A model generated the notes under the pieces. That model was not told the DNA's origin, did not search any database, and saw only the letters and a program-made list of their open reading frames with translations. A program made the translations under genes and the position numbers. Of a stretch of 64,000 bases of DNA, positions 46,254 through 57,447 are shown one piece after another. Every line of letters starts with the position of its first letter. Position 1 is the stretch's first letter. This DNA comes from Halobacteriales archaeon (GTDB taxonomy: Archaea; Halobacteriota; Halobacteria; Halobacteriales; SKSH01), in the NCBI GenBank assembly GCA_046543335.1, contig JBKGZP010000003.1:6472-70471 (forward strand), in the 5' to 3' direction.

Positions 46254-47525
46254 ATGGCGCGGTACCTGCTGGAGACGTACGGCTGCACGGCCAACCGCGG
46301 CGAGGGGTTGCGCATCGAGCGCCGGCTGCGCGAGCGCGGCCACCGCCCGGTGGACGACCCGGCCGAGGCCGACGTGGCCATCCTCAACACGTGTACCGTG
46401 ACCGAGACGACGGAGGACCGGATGGTCCGTCGCGCCCGCGAGCTCGAGTCGGCCGTCGCCGACCTCGTCGTCACCGGCTGTCTCGCCCTCGCCCAGCCGG
46501 ACCGACTGGCCGACGCGGGCGTCGACGCCCGCATCGTCGGCTGGGACGAGGTGCCCGATGCCGTCCTCAACGGCGAGTGCCCGACGGACGGGACCGAGGC
46601 GCTCCTCGAGGGGGCCGTCGGCATCCTCCCGATCGCCCGGGGTTGCGCCAGCAACTGCTCGTACTGCATCACCAAGCGCGCCACGGGCCGGATCGAGAGC
46701 CCGCCGATCGAGGCGAACGTCGAACGCGCTCGCGAGCTGCTCGAGGCGGGTGCCGTCGAGCTGCGCGTCACGGGGCAGGACACCGGCGTCTACGGCTGGG
46801 ATCGCGGCGGGCGCTGGTTGCCGACGCTGCTCGAGCGGATCTGCGAGCTCCCCGGCGACTTCCGCGTCCGCCTCGGGATGGCCAACCCGAAGGGCCTGTA
46901 CCTCGTCCGCGACGAGCTCGTCGAGGTCTTCGCCACCCACGACGAGCTCTACAACTTCGTGCACGCCCCGGTCCAAAGCGGCTCCGACGAGGTGCTACGC
47001 GCGATGCGCCGACAGCACACCGTCGAGGAGTTCCGCGCGGTCGTCGATACCTTCGACGCGCGGCTCGAGTCGTGGACGCTCGCGACGGACCTCATCGTCG
47101 GCTTCCCCACCGAGACGGAGGCGGACTTCGCGGCGAGCCTCGACCTCCTGCGCACGGTCCGACCGGAGCGGATCAACATCACCCGCTTCTCGAAGCGGCC
47201 GGGGACCGACGCCGCGGCCATGGCTGGCCTCGGCGGGACGGTGAAGAAGGAACGCTCGCGGGCGATGACCGACCTCAAGCACGCGATCCTCGCCGAGGTC
47301 CACGCCGACCTCGTCGGGCGCGAGCGACCGGTCCTCGCGGTCGAGCCCGGTCGGGGCGACTCGCTTCGCTGTCGCGACGACGCCTACCACCTGATCGTCC
47401 TCCCGAACGCCGTGGGCGTCGCCGTCGGCGACCGCCTCCGGGTGCGCGTCACCGACGCCGAGGCGACGTACGCGCTCGCCGAACCCGTCGCGTCGCCCGC
47501 GCGGCGCGCACGGGCGGGCGACTGA
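46254..47525 (+). CDS. Radical-SAM methylthiotransferase (MiaB/MtaB-like; archaeal tRNA t6A37 methylthiotransferase type)
   Basis: ATG 46254 (MARYLLETYGCTANRGE). Radical SAM motif CASNCSYC, N-terminal Cys triad (YGC, NTC, TGC) and a C-terminal TRAM-like region. Confidence 0.85.
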   Translation: MARYLLETYGCTANRGEGLRIERRLRERGHRPVDDPAEADVAILNTCTVTETTEDRMVRRARELESAVADLVVTGCLALAQPDRLADAGVDARIVGWDEVPDAVLNGECPTDGTEALLEGAVGILPIARGCASNCSYCITKRATGRIESPPIEANVERARELLEAGAVELRVTGQDTGVYGWDRGGRWLPTLLERICELPGDFRVRLGMANPKGLYLVRDELVEVFATHDELYNFVHAPVQSGSDEVLRAMRRQHTVEEFRAVVDTFDARLESWTLATDLIVGFPTETEADFAASLDLLRTVRPERINITRFSKRPGTDAAAMAGLGGTVKKERSRAMTDLKHAILAEVHADLVGRERPVLAVEPGRGDSLRCRDDAYHLIVLPNAVGVAVGDRLRVRVTDAEATYALAEPVASPARRARAGD

Positions 47526-47529
47526 CCCG

Positions 47530-48432
47530 TCACTCCTCGACGGCGAACGTCCCCGGCTTCCACTCGTCGAGGTCCTTCGGGTCGAGGTGGACGAACGCCT
47601 CGTCGACCTCCGGCAGCTCCTCGAGCGCCTGGATGACGGCGGTCTCGATGGCGTGGCCCTCCGCGAGCGTGAGGTCCTCCCCGACCTCGATGTGGAGGCT
47701 GACGTCGACCTCGGGACCGACGTAGTGCGCCAGGACGTCGTGGACGCCCTCCACCTCGGGGTGCGCCAGGGCGACCTCGACGATGCGCTCGCGCAGCTCC
47801 GGCGACGGCGCCGCGCCCGTGAGGAAGTCGACGTTTCGCCGCGCGAGGGTCACCCCGCTGTAGATGATGACGATCGCGACGACGGCCGCCGCGATCGGAT
47901 CGGCCACCGCGAGGCCGAACTGGGCGCCCGCGACGCCGGCCATCGCCGCCAGCGCGGTGAGGATGTCGTTGCGGTTGTCGACCGCGAGCGCTCGCGCGGC
48001 GGGGGCGTCGTACTCGTCGGCCACCCCGACGCTGTAGCGGTACAGCAGGTACTTCCCGGCGGCCGAGACGCCGAGGACCGCCACCGCCCAGGGACCCCGG
48101 GCGACGACCACCTCGCCGCGGGCGAGCGCCTCGAGCGCCCCCCAGAGGACGGCCACGCCCGCGAGGACGAACCCGAGGATGACCGCCAGGGCGACGAAGG
48201 GCTCGATGCGCTCGTGCCCGTGGGGGTGGTCCCGGTCGGGCGGGCGCACGCTGACGTGGATGCCACCGACGACGAGGACGCCGTACGCGACGTCGGTCAG
48301 GCTGTTGATCGCCTCCGAGCCGACCGCCAGGCTGCCGCTTTCGAGCCAGACGACCCCCTTCGCCGCGAGGAGGGCGGCGTTGCCGGCCAGGATGACCAGC
48401 CCGAGGCGACGGAGGGTGCGCCCGCGGCTCAT
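47530..48432 (-). CDS. Cation diffusion facilitator family transporter
   Basis: 300 aa, six TM segments plus a cytoplasmic CTD (VHDVLAHYVGPEVDVSLHIEV). Metal-site residues lie in TM2/TM5 (SLTDVAY, DNRNDILT). Confidence 0.85.
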   Translation of the reverse strand: MSRGRTLRRLGLVILAGNAALLAAKGVVWLESGSLAVGSEAINSLTDVAYGVLVVGGIHVSVRPPDRDHPHGHERIEPFVALAVILGFVLAGVAVLWGALEALARGEVVVARGPWAVAVLGVSAAGKYLLYRYSVGVADEYDAPAARALAVDNRNDILTALAAMAGVAGAQFGLAVADPIAAAVVAIVIIYSGVTLARRNVDFLTGAAPSPELRERIVEVALAHPEVEGVHDVLAHYVGPEVDVSLHIEVGEDLTLAEGHAIETAVIQALEELPEVDEAFVHLDPKDLDEWKPGTFAVEE

Positions 48433-48460
48433 GGGACCGGGGCCTTGGTCGCGTCCCGAC

Positions 48461-49006
48461 CTAACCCTGTCGTAGCTCGACGGCCCGGTCGTCGCCCGGG
48501 TCGCGCGCGCCCTCGAGGTCGGCGAAGGCGCCGCGGAGGCGGTCGTACGTCGACTCGAGCGCCTCGACGACGACCTTCGTGTCCGAGACGACGGGCATGA
48601 AGTTCGTGTCGCCCGACCACCGGGGGACGACGTGGGCGTGCACGTGGTCGCCGATCGAGCCCCCGGCGGCGACGTCGCCGAGGTTGTAGCCGACGTTGAA
48701 GCCGTCGGGCGCCATGGCCTCGCGCAACGCGGCGAGCGTCGACCGCAACACCCCGGCGTGCGACGCCATCGCTGCGTCGGGGAGGGTCTCGAGCCGACCC
48801 GTGTGGTCGTGGGGGATGACCATCACGTGCCCGGGGTTGTAGGGGTAGTTGTTCAGGAGGACGAACGCCCGCTCGCCTCGGGCGACCACCAGGTTCTCCC
48901 GGTCGGCCTCGTCGTCGCGGAACGCACAGAAGACGCAGCCCTCGAAATCGTCACCCCGGTCGCGGGTGACCCACTCGATCCGCCAGGGGGCGAACAGCTG
49001 GTCCAT
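48461..49006 (-). CDS. HIT-family nucleotide hydrolase/transferase
   Basis: ATG 49006 (MDQLFAPWRIEW). Histidine triad HVHAHVVPR. A TATA-like TTTACTA (complement of 49028-49034) lies about 25 nt upstream. The GTG 49153 extension was rejected. Confidence 0.85.
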   Translation of the reverse strand: MDQLFAPWRIEWVTRDRGDDFEGCVFCAFRDDEADRENLVVARGERAFVLLNNYPYNPGHVMVIPHDHTGRLETLPDAAMASHAGVLRSTLAALREAMAPDGFNVGYNLGDVAAGGSIGDHVHAHVVPRWSGDTNFMPVVSDTKVVVEALESTYDRLRGAFADLEGARDPGDDRAVELRQG

Positions 49007-49149
49007 ACCGCCGCCAACGGGCCCAGGTAGTAAATGCCGCAGGTCGTCCCACGGCGGTCGGTGCCGGGCGCGCCCGGGTCGCTCGAGGCCCGTGCCCGAC
49101 GGGACCGAGGAGGCGGTCGTCGCGCCGGCGACGTCGGGTGCGCGCTCCG

Positions 49150-50043
49150 TCACGCGGTCGTGACCTCGCAGCCGCCCTCGGTGACGATGACGGTGTGCTC
49201 CTTCTGGCTCACGAGGTGGCCCTCGTCCTCCTTGAGGACGGGGTAGCCGTGGACCACGTCGTGCTGGGACAGCCGGCGGAGCGCCAGCGCCGGACGGTCG
49301 ACGTCGAGCCAGCGCGTCGCGAACGGGAGGGTCCGAAACTCCGCTTGCACTTGCTCGATGACCTGGCGGGCCGTTCGGTTTCGCACGCGGGCGTCCTCGC
49401 GCTCGAGCTTGTAGATCTCCGTGCGGCTGCCCTCCGTGACCTTCCCGCCACCGTCGGTCGCGAAGGGTTCGATCGCGACGACCTGGCCCACCTCGAGCGC
49501 GACGCCCTGCTCGACGGCGCGGTTGGGGATGTTCGGCTCGGTGTGCTGGTCCCAGTGGCCGAGGCCGTGGCCGGTCAGGTTCACGACGGGGTTGTAGCCG
49601 TAGCCGTCGATCGTCGCCTCGATGACGGCGCCGACCTCGCCGGTCTCGACGCCGGGTTCGATGACCTCGATGGCCGCCTCGAGGGCCGCCGCGCTGGCCT
49701 CGACGAGGTCGTCCGACCCGGTGAAGTCCACGGTCACCGCGGTGTCCGCCAGCCAGCCGTCGACGTGGACGCCGAGGTCGAGGTTCACCATCTGCTCGCC
49801 GATGGTTCGCTCGTCGTCGATGCCCGCCGTGTCGTGGGCGGCCACCTCGTCGGCGCTGATGTTGACCGGGAAGCCCACCCCGCCGCCGAGCTCCCGGATG
49901 CGGTCCTCGGCGAACGCGGCGACCTCGGCGTAGGTGTCGCCCACCTCGACGAACTCGACGGTCTCCTCGCGGACCTGTGCCAGGATGCGACCCGCCTCGC
50001 GGTGCTTCTCGTAGCGGTCAGCCTCGAGGTCGACGTCGGCCAT
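49150..50043 (-). CDS. map: Methionine aminopeptidase, type II
   Basis: ATG 50043 (MADVDLEADRYEKHREAG). Archaeal MetAP2 pattern (FPVNISADEVAAHD, DLGVHVDGW, NLTGHGLG, VAIEPFAT, SQKEHTV). Confidence 0.9.
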   Translation of the reverse strand: MADVDLEADRYEKHREAGRILAQVREETVEFVEVGDTYAEVAAFAEDRIRELGGGVGFPVNISADEVAAHDTAGIDDERTIGEQMVNLDLGVHVDGWLADTAVTVDFTGSDDLVEASAAALEAAIEVIEPGVETGEVGAVIEATIDGYGYNPVVNLTGHGLGHWDQHTEPNIPNRAVEQGVALEVGQVVAIEPFATDGGGKVTEGSRTEIYKLEREDARVRNRTARQVIEQVQAEFRTLPFATRWLDVDRPALALRRLSQHDVVHGYPVLKEDEGHLVSQKEHTVIVTEGGCEVTTA

Positions 50044-50086
50044 GGGCGGGGTTGCCCGGAGGCGGCCTAAAGGGTTTCCACCGGCG

Positions 50087-50938
50087 TCAGTCGGCCGCGT
50101 ACGCCGTCTGCATCCGGGCCGTCGTGAAGCCGGTGCCCACCGAGCCGTCCGCGCCGATGGCGATCGCCCCGGCACCCCCGTCGGTCTCCCTGTCGAGCGT
50201 CGCGAGCGCCTCGACGACGGCGGCTTGCGCGTCCGCTCCGTCGGCCAGCTCGCGCTCGACGGCCCTCGCGACGGTCAGGCGCGCGATGTCCTCGCCGTCG
50301 CCGGTCGTGCTGACCGCGCCGTGGGTCGAGCAGTAGAAGCCGCAACCGACTTGGGGGACGTCGCCGATGCGACCGCGAAAGGCCAGGAAGCGCCCCCCGG
50401 TGGACGTCGCCGCCGCGAGGCGCTCGCCCTCGCGAGCGACCGCGCCGACGGTGTCGCGGTCGCCGGTGCCGAAGCGCTCGCGGACGAACGCGAGCTGCCC
50501 ATCAACCGACTCCGGGACGTCCGCCTCGGCGAAGCGTTCGCGCGTCCGGTCCATCCCGACCGTCGCCCCGTCGAGGCCGAGGTGCGCGGCGAGGTCGCCC
50601 GCCCCGGGGTGGCCGAGGAGCACGTGGGGCGTCTTTGCCTTGACGACGCGCGCGACCTCGATCGGCGTGGCCACACCCCGGAGCCCGCAGACGGCGCCGA
50701 CGCCGCGGTCGTCGGTCATGAGCGCCGCGTCGGCGCGGTGCACGCCGTCGCTTTGGATGGTCGCCCCGCGGCCGGCGTTGAACCGCCGCGATCGCTCGAG
50801 GGTCGTCACGGCTCGCACCACGGCCGCCTCGGGGTCACCCGCCTCGAGCCCGGCCGCCGCGGCCGCATCGAGCGTGTCCTGCCGCCGACGGGGCGACCGC
50901 GGCGCGCCACCGGCGCCGCCGTGGACCAGCACCTGCAT
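50087..50938 (-). CDS. Isoaspartyl peptidase / L-asparaginase (plant-type, Ntn hydrolase)
   Basis: ATG 50938 (MQVLVHGGAGG). Autoprocessing site DTVGAVA, plus GRIGDVPQVGCGFY and TGDGEDI. Confidence 0.85.
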   Translation of the reverse strand: MQVLVHGGAGGAPRSPRRRQDTLDAAAAAGLEAGDPEAAVVRAVTTLERSRRFNAGRGATIQSDGVHRADAALMTDDRGVGAVCGLRGVATPIEVARVVKAKTPHVLLGHPGAGDLAAHLGLDGATVGMDRTRERFAEADVPESVDGQLAFVRERFGTGDRDTVGAVAREGERLAAATSTGGRFLAFRGRIGDVPQVGCGFYCSTHGAVSTTGDGEDIARLTVARAVERELADGADAQAAVVEALATLDRETDGGAGAIAIGADGSVGTGFTTARMQTAYAAD

Positions 50939-51005
50939 GCTGCGGGTGGGCGACAGCCGCCCCCAAGTAGCCTCCGGTCGTGCTCGCCACCCGGGAACAA
51001 CAGCC

Positions 51006-51012
51006 CTTATAG
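51006..51012 (+). promoter_or_regulatory. TATA-box candidate for icd
   Basis: CCCTTATAGG lies about 30 nt upstream of ATG 51040. Confidence 0.4.
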
Positions 51013-51039
51013 GTCGAATCGGCGGAGGTCCGAGTACCG

Positions 51040-52290
<1,251 letters not shown>

Positions 52291-52302
<12 letters not shown>

Positions 52303-53259
52303 GGCGCGTCGCTCGCGACGACGACGGCCGACGACGGCCCCCATCGCCCCCAGACCGAGGAGGGTCACAACCCCCGAGAGGAGCCAGCCCACCAGCGGCA
52401 CCTGGGCGAGGAGGGACACCCCGACGACGCCGACGAGCAGCGCCAGCCACCGGCTGTCCGCGTCGGTCAGCGACAGGACCCACGCGCCGACGGCGTAGCG
52501 GCCGTAGACGAGCGCGATCCAGTACGCGACGAGCGCGAACAGGAGGCCGAACAGCGCGAGGGGGATGCCGACGATGGTGAGCAACAGCAGTACGAAGGCG
52601 CCGATCGACCCGACCGCCAGCGCGAGCCCGTAGGCGAGACTGCGAGCGGGTCGATCGGCGACCGCGTCGGCGACGCCATCGGTGAATCGCGGTGCCACGA
52701 GCAGGAGGATCGCCCCGATGACGAGGTGCAACAGCGTGAGGTAGAAGACGCCGACCCAGTGGAAGAAGCCGCGGAACCACGAGGGGCCCCAGGACCACGA
52801 CGACTCGGTGACCGCACCCCGGATCGTGGCCCCGTCGTCGACGCGCAGGTCGCCGCCGTAGTTGACGTCCCCATCGATCGTCGCTCGAGACCGGATGTCG
52901 AGGGTCCCCGCCCCGACGTTGACCGAGTCGCCGACGGTACCCTCGATGACGATGCTGCCCGCGGCCATCGAGACGTCACCGTGGACGTAGCCGAAGACGT
53001 CGACCGAGCCCGCCACGCCCGTCACGTCGCCACGGACCACGCCGTTGATCTTGACGGTGCCCCCGAGCACCGTCAGGTCGCCGTCGACGGTACCGTCGAT
53101 GGTGGTGGTCCCGCTGACGACGGTGAGGTCGTCCACCGTCTCGCCCTCGGGGACGGACACCGTGCCGCCGACGCGGGTGTCGGCCGCGGCCGTACCGGCG
53201 ACCAGCGACAGTCCGAGCAACACCACCAGCGCGACGGTCAGGGTCCGACGTCCGTCCAT
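52291..53259 (-). CDS. Secreted, membrane-anchored protein with bactofilin-like beta-helix repeats (polymer-forming cytoskeletal family)
   Basis: 322 aa. N-terminal signal-like segment (LTVALVVLLGLSLVAGTAAA), then about 150 aa of G-[TD]-V-x-G-D repeats (IDGTVDGDLTVLGGTVKINGVVRGDVTGVAGSVDVFGYVHGDV...), then 4-5 TM helices. The 3' end overlaps icd by 12 nt. Confidence 0.75.
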
Positions 53260-53419
53260 GGACCTCCTGACGGTCGCCGGAGGGATAAATCAGCAACACC
53301 GCCACAATCGGGATGAGAGCCTCCGAAACGGTTATATCCGACGTCCCATCCCGGCGGAATGCCGGACGGGAAGACGGCATCGCGGGGTATCGAACGGGAC
53401 GGTCGTCCGCTCGCGACCG

Positions 53420-54634
53420 TCACCGCCCGAGTCGTTCGTGGGCCTCGGCGAGGTGTCGCGACCCGAGCGCACCGAGCAGGGAGAGCTCGCCCGCGAGCGC
53501 CCCCACGGCGACGACCTCCGCCAGCGCCCGGCCGTTCGCCCCCGGCGGGTCGCCGCCGCCGGCGAGGCCCATGAGCTCGAGCGCCTCGGCCTGCGTCGGC
53601 AGTCGGGTGCCCCCGCCGACGGTGCCCACCTCGAGGCTCGCGAGCGTCACGCCCACGTAGAGGCCGTCTGCGCGTCGGTCGACCGTCGTGATCGCGTTGG
53701 CCCCCTCGACCACCTGCGCCTCGTCCTGGCCGGTCGCGAGGAACATCGCGGCGACGACGTTCGCCACCTGGGCGTTGAAGCCGTAGCTCCCCGCCTTCGC
53801 ACTGCCGAGCAGGTTCTTGCGGACGTTGACCTCGGCGAGCGCGTCGGGGGCGACGTGCAGGCGGTCCTCGACGACCGCGTCCGGGAGGACGACGTCCGCG
53901 CCCACGGTGTAGCCCCGCCCCTCGACGGCGTTGATCGCCGCGGGTTTCTTGTCGGTGCAGAGGTTGCCGCTGAGCGCGACGAGGTCGGCCGGCGTCTCGG
54001 TCTCGACGAGCTCGGCCGCGGCGCGCGTCGCCATCGTGGCCATGTTCATCCCCATCGCGTCCTTCGTGTCGAATGCGAAGCGGAGGTAGACGTTGTCGCC
54101 GACGACGTACGGGTCGACGCCCAGGAGCTCGCCGTGACTCGTCGTCGCCTCGGCGGCCTCGCGGAGGCGAGTCGCGTTCGCGTCGACCCAGTCCACGACC
54201 GCAGCGGCCTCGGCCGCCCCGGCGACCCGGAACACGGGCGCTCGCGTCATCGCGGCACGGAAGACCCGCGCCGTCGCGCCCCCCGCGGCCTCGATGACCG
54301 CGCAGCCGCGGTTGACGCTCGCGACGAGGGCGCCCTCCGTCGTCGCCAGCGGGAGGTGATACGCCCCCGACGCCGCATCGCCATCCACGGAGACCGGGCC
54401 CGCCACCCCGAGCGGGACCTGGGCGGCGCCGACCATGTTCTCGATGTTCGCCGCCGCGACGCCCGGGTCGAGGGCGGTCTCGCCGACAGCCTCGAGGGGA
54501 GCCCCGGTCCGGTCGGCGAGGTGTCGCCGGCGGGCGGCCATCGCGTCGACGGGCGTGTCGGCCGCCTCCTCGAGCTCGTACGGGCGAAGGTCGCCGGCCT
54601 CGAGGCGGTCGAGCAGCTCCTCCACGTCGGTCAT
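53420..54634 (-). CDS. hmgA: Hydroxymethylglutaryl-CoA reductase (class I, NADPH)
   Basis: 404 aa with ENMVGAAQVPLGVAGP, TTEGALVAS and DAMGMNM. Confidence 0.95.
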   Translation of the reverse strand: MTDVEELLDRLEAGDLRPYELEEAADTPVDAMAARRRHLADRTGAPLEAVGETALDPGVAAANIENMVGAAQVPLGVAGPVSVDGDAASGAYHLPLATTEGALVASVNRGCAVIEAAGGATARVFRAAMTRAPVFRVAGAAEAAAVVDWVDANATRLREAAEATTSHGELLGVDPYVVGDNVYLRFAFDTKDAMGMNMATMATRAAAELVETETPADLVALSGNLCTDKKPAAINAVEGRGYTVGADVVLPDAVVEDRLHVAPDALAEVNVRKNLLGSAKAGSYGFNAQVANVVAAMFLATGQDEAQVVEGANAITTVDRRADGLYVGVTLASLEVGTVGGGTRLPTQAEALELMGLAGGGDPPGANGRALAEVVAVGALAGELSLLGALGSRHLAEAHERLGR

Positions 54635-54679
54635 GGTCGGTCCATCGGGGGGCGGGCCAGTAACGTTTCCGTGTCGCGC

Positions 54680-55669
54680 TCACCGGCGACCGAGGAGGAC
54701 CGCGAGCAGGTACCACCCGATGGCGACGACGACGATGGTACCCCCGGCCGGCACGCCCCACTCGAGCGAGAGGACGAAGCCGAGCACCACGGCGACCTCC
54801 CCGATGAGGATCGCCAGCAGGATCGACTCGTGGAAGCTTCGCGCGAGCTGCGAGGCGGCCGCCACGGGCACGACCAGCATCGCGGCGACGAGGATGATGC
54901 CGAGGATCTGCATCGCGCCCACGACGACCACCGCGGTCGCCACGATGAGCACCGCGTTGTACCACCGGACGTTGAGTCGGGCGACCCGGGCGGCCTCCTG
55001 GTCGAACGTGATGAACGTGAGCGGTCGATGGGCGACGGCGATGACGGCGACGACGGCGACGGTCATGACCGCCATGAGCCGGGCGCCGTCGACGGTGACG
55101 AACGCGATGTTTCCGAAGAGGAAGCTGTCGACGCTGATCGCGGTCAGGCCGTCGCCGAACCCGATGAGGATCGTGCCGACGGCGAAGCTCCCCGTCAGCA
55201 TGATCGCGATCGGGACGTCGCCGAAGGCGTCGGTCCGCCGGGCGAGCGCCTCGACGCCGAAGGCGCCGAGCACGGCCACGACGAGCGCCGAGATGAGCAG
55301 CGAGACGTTCCAGCCCGTCGCCTCGGCGAACAGCAGCCCCACGGCCACGCCGGCGAACGCGGTGTGGGCGAGGGTCTCCCCGATGAGGGCCATCTCTCGG
55401 TGGACCAGGTAGGTGCCAACGAGCGGCGCGACGACCCCGACGAACGCCCCCGTGGCGAGGGAGTGCCAGACGAACGGGTGTCGGAGCGCGTTCGTACCCG
55501 CGAGGGCATCGACGCCCCGGCCGACGTCGAGCAGCCCGTCGTAGACGGCCCCGCCGGGGCCGGTCGGCCGAAGCCAGTGGGCGATGAGGAACACCGCCAT
55601 CACGCACACGAACACCCCAACGAGGACCAGCCCGAGGCGGATCGCGAGGTTGCGGCGGTCGCGGGGCAT
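54680..55669 (-). CDS. Metal (Zn/Mn-type) ABC transporter permease
   Basis: 329 aa, ZnuB/TroD-like polytopic protein. Confidence 0.85.
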   Translation of the reverse strand: MPRDRRNLAIRLGLVLVGVFVCVMAVFLIAHWLRPTGPGGAVYDGLLDVGRGVDALAGTNALRHPFVWHSLATGAFVGVVAPLVGTYLVHREMALIGETLAHTAFAGVAVGLLFAEATGWNVSLLISALVVAVLGAFGVEALARRTDAFGDVPIAIMLTGSFAVGTILIGFGDGLTAISVDSFLFGNIAFVTVDGARLMAVMTVAVVAVIAVAHRPLTFITFDQEAARVARLNVRWYNAVLIVATAVVVVGAMQILGIILVAAMLVVPVAAASQLARSFHESILLAILIGEVAVVLGFVLSLEWGVPAGGTIVVVAIGWYLLAVLLGRR

Positions 55670-56409
55670 CAGTGATCGTGGTGGACGATGCGGCCGGTCG
55701 ACCCGTACGCCTCGGCCAGTGCGTCGCTTTCCAGGAAGCTCATCGGGTCGCCGTGGTGGTACAGTCGGCGGTTGATGCAGGCGATGGTGTCCGCGCGGTC
55801 GGTCACGACGCCGATGTCGTGCTCGATGAGGACGACGGTGATCCCCTCGGCGTTGAGGTCGTTCAGCAACCGATAGAACGCGTCCCGGGACTCGGCGTCG
55901 ACCCCGACGGCCGGCTCGTCGAGGGCCAGGAGGTCGGCCTCCGAGGCGAGGGCGCGGGCGATGAACGCCCGCTGGCGCTGCCCACCGGAGAGCGTCCCCA
56001 CCCGGCGGTCGGCCAGGTGCTCGATGCCGACCGTCGCCAGCGCCTCTCGCACCGCCCGCCGGTCGTCCTCGCCGAGGCGACCGAGGCCGACGTGGGCGTA
56101 CCGCCCCATGTCGACGGCCTCGCGGACGGTCACGGGCATGTGCCCACCGACGCCGGCCACGCCCTGTGAGACGTAGCCGATGCGGTGACCCGCCGCGAAG
56201 TCCTCGACGGGCTCGCCGAACAGCTGGATTCGGCCTCGGTCTGGTTCGAGCAGGCCGAGCATCAGGCGAAGCAGGGTCGTCTTGCCCGAGCCGTTCGGTC
56301 CGACGATACCCAGGAACTCACCGGTGGCAACCGAGAGCGTCACGTCCTCGACGGCCGGCCGGTCGTCGTAGGCGAACGTGACGCCCTCGACGGAGATGAC
56401 GTCGGTCAC
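55669..56409 (-). CDS. Metal (Zn/Mn-type) ABC transporter ATP-binding protein
   Basis: Walker A GPNGSGKTT, signature LSGGQRQR, Walker B LLALDEP. GTG start overlaps the stop of the binding-protein gene. Confidence 0.9.
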   Translation of the reverse strand: MTDVISVEGVTFAYDDRPAVEDVTLSVATGEFLGIVGPNGSGKTTLLRLMLGLLEPDRGRIQLFGEPVEDFAAGHRIGYVSQGVAGVGGHMPVTVREAVDMGRYAHVGLGRLGEDDRRAVREALATVGIEHLADRRVGTLSGGQRQRAFIARALASEADLLALDEPAVGVDAESRDAFYRLLNDLNAEGITVVLIEHDIGVVTDRADTIACINRRLYHHGDPMSFLESDALAEAYGSTGRIVHHDH

Positions 56410-57353
56410 GGTGTGCCGAGTGCGGCCTCGAAGGCCGGCAGATTAACCGCTTCCATCTGCTCGATGTAGCCCCATCCTTCGTCGCGCCAATCCGCCGTGG
56501 TCCCCTCGGCGGGGGAGACCTCGCGGACCTCGGTCGCGGTGCTGTTCTCGACGATCGTCTCGGCCAGGTCGTCCGACTCGAACGCGTCGGTCAGGACGAC
56601 GTCGATGTCGCGGTCGTCGATCAGGTCAACCACGTCGGCGATGACGCCCGGGGCGGGGGAGCTGTCGGGCGAGACCCCACTCGGGGTGACGATCTCGAAG
56701 CCGTAGCGGTGCGCCAGGTACCGGAACGAGTTGTGCCCGGCGAGGACGCAGACGTCGTGGGTGGCCTCGGCCGTGGCGGCCTCGAAGTCGGCGTGAACCC
56801 CGGCCAGCCGGTCGATGTAGGCGGCCGCGTTGGCCTCGAAGTCGGAGGCGGTGTCCGGATACGCCTCCGCGAGGCCGTCGACGATCGTCTCGACCATGGC
56901 CTGCGCCCGGACGGGGTCGGTCCAGGCGTGTGGATCGAGGCCGGCGGAGTCGCCGTGCTCGTCCGCGTCGTCGTGGTCGTCCTCGAGAGGCAGCAGGTCG
57001 ACGTCGGCCAGCACGTCGATGAGCGTCGCCGTGGGGGAGTCGGTCGCCAGGTTGTCCGCGGCGGTCTGGGCCCACCGGAAAGAGGGGAGGTCGGGGTAGA
57101 CGAAGACGTCCGCGTCGGCGATGTCCGTCGAGACCTCGACGCCCGGTTCCCAGCCGTGACCGACGCGACCGAGCGGCACCGGCGACTCGATCGCGAGGTG
57201 GTCGCCGGCGACCGCCTGGGCCCAGTTGGCGAGGGTGAAGAACGCGCCGAACCCGTCGGGGCCGTCGCCGCCGTCACCGAGGCAACCGGCGACGGTGGCG
57301 CCGGCGGCCGCGCCGGCGATGGCGCCGACGAGTCGACGCCGGGAGAGGTGCAC
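56406..57353 (-). CDS. Metal ABC transporter substrate-binding lipoprotein (ZnuA-like, with an acidic/His-rich loop)
   Basis: GTG start. Tat-like SRRRLV plus lipobox AGC. Cluster-9 SBP pattern and a loop EDDHDDADEHGDSAGLDPHAW, typical of zinc-specific members. Confidence 0.85.
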   Translation of the reverse strand: MHLSRRRLVGAIAGAAAGATVAGCLGDGGDGPDGFGAFFTLANWAQAVAGDHLAIESPVPLGRVGHGWEPGVEVSTDIADADVFVYPDLPSFRWAQTAADNLATDSPTATLIDVLADVDLLPLEDDHDDADEHGDSAGLDPHAWTDPVRAQAMVETIVDGLAEAYPDTASDFEANAAAYIDRLAGVHADFEAATAEATHDVCVLAGHNSFRYLAHRYGFEIVTPSGVSPDSSPAPGVIADVVDLIDDRDIDVVLTDAFESDDLAETIVENSTATEVREVSPAEGTTADWRDEGWGYIEQMEAVNLPAFEAALGTP

Positions 57354-57382
57354 GGGTGGGGGATGGGCAGTCGGCGTGTTAA

Positions 57383-57447
57383 GGATTATTATTCCAATTG
57401 GATTTATTAATAATACGGAGGTGGTTCGGGGGGTGGGTTAATAATCC
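57383..57447. promoter_or_regulatory. AT-rich divergent promoter/operator with a repeated TAATAATCC-type motif and a perfect 10-bp palindrome
   Basis: GGATTATTA (57383-57391), its inverted copies TAATAATAC (57409-57417) and TTAATAATCC (57438-57447), and TCCAATTGGA (57393-57402). These are embedded in otherwise very GC-rich DNA between the metal ABC operon (-) and the amidohydrolase gene (+). Confidence 0.55.

Noticed and set aside
45306-46976. N-terminal 557-aa extension of the uridine phosphorylase ORF (track ORF 44577..46976).
   Set aside because: The extension overlaps the DUF63 gene and the antisense of the methylthiotransferase gene, and it is Arg/Pro/Gly-rich. The phosphorylase homology begins at ATG 45305.
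49007-49153. GTG 49153 start for the HIT gene, overlapping the map stop, which would suggest translational coupling.
   Set aside because: The 49-aa extension is Arg/Pro/Gly-rich and unlike HIT proteins, which typically begin near MxQLFAPWR. A TATA-like element sits about 25 nt upstream of ATG 49006.
53260-53419. 160-nt intergenic region after hmgA, the largest gap in the window, as a possible ncRNA. It contains a small hairpin, CCGGCattccGCCGG.
   Set aside because: It is short, I can see no conserved RNA-family signature, and it contains TATA-like elements (TTTATCC, GATATAAC on the minus strand) appropriate for the downstream bactofilin-like gene. Treated as 3' UTR plus promoter; this remains unverified.
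53045-55675. Long ORFs of 876 aa (+) and 789 aa (-, 53238..55607) across hmgA and the metal ABC permease.
   Set aside because: Both are Arg/Gly/Asp-rich shadows. The genuine frames contain the HMG-CoA reductase and ZnuB-like sequences.
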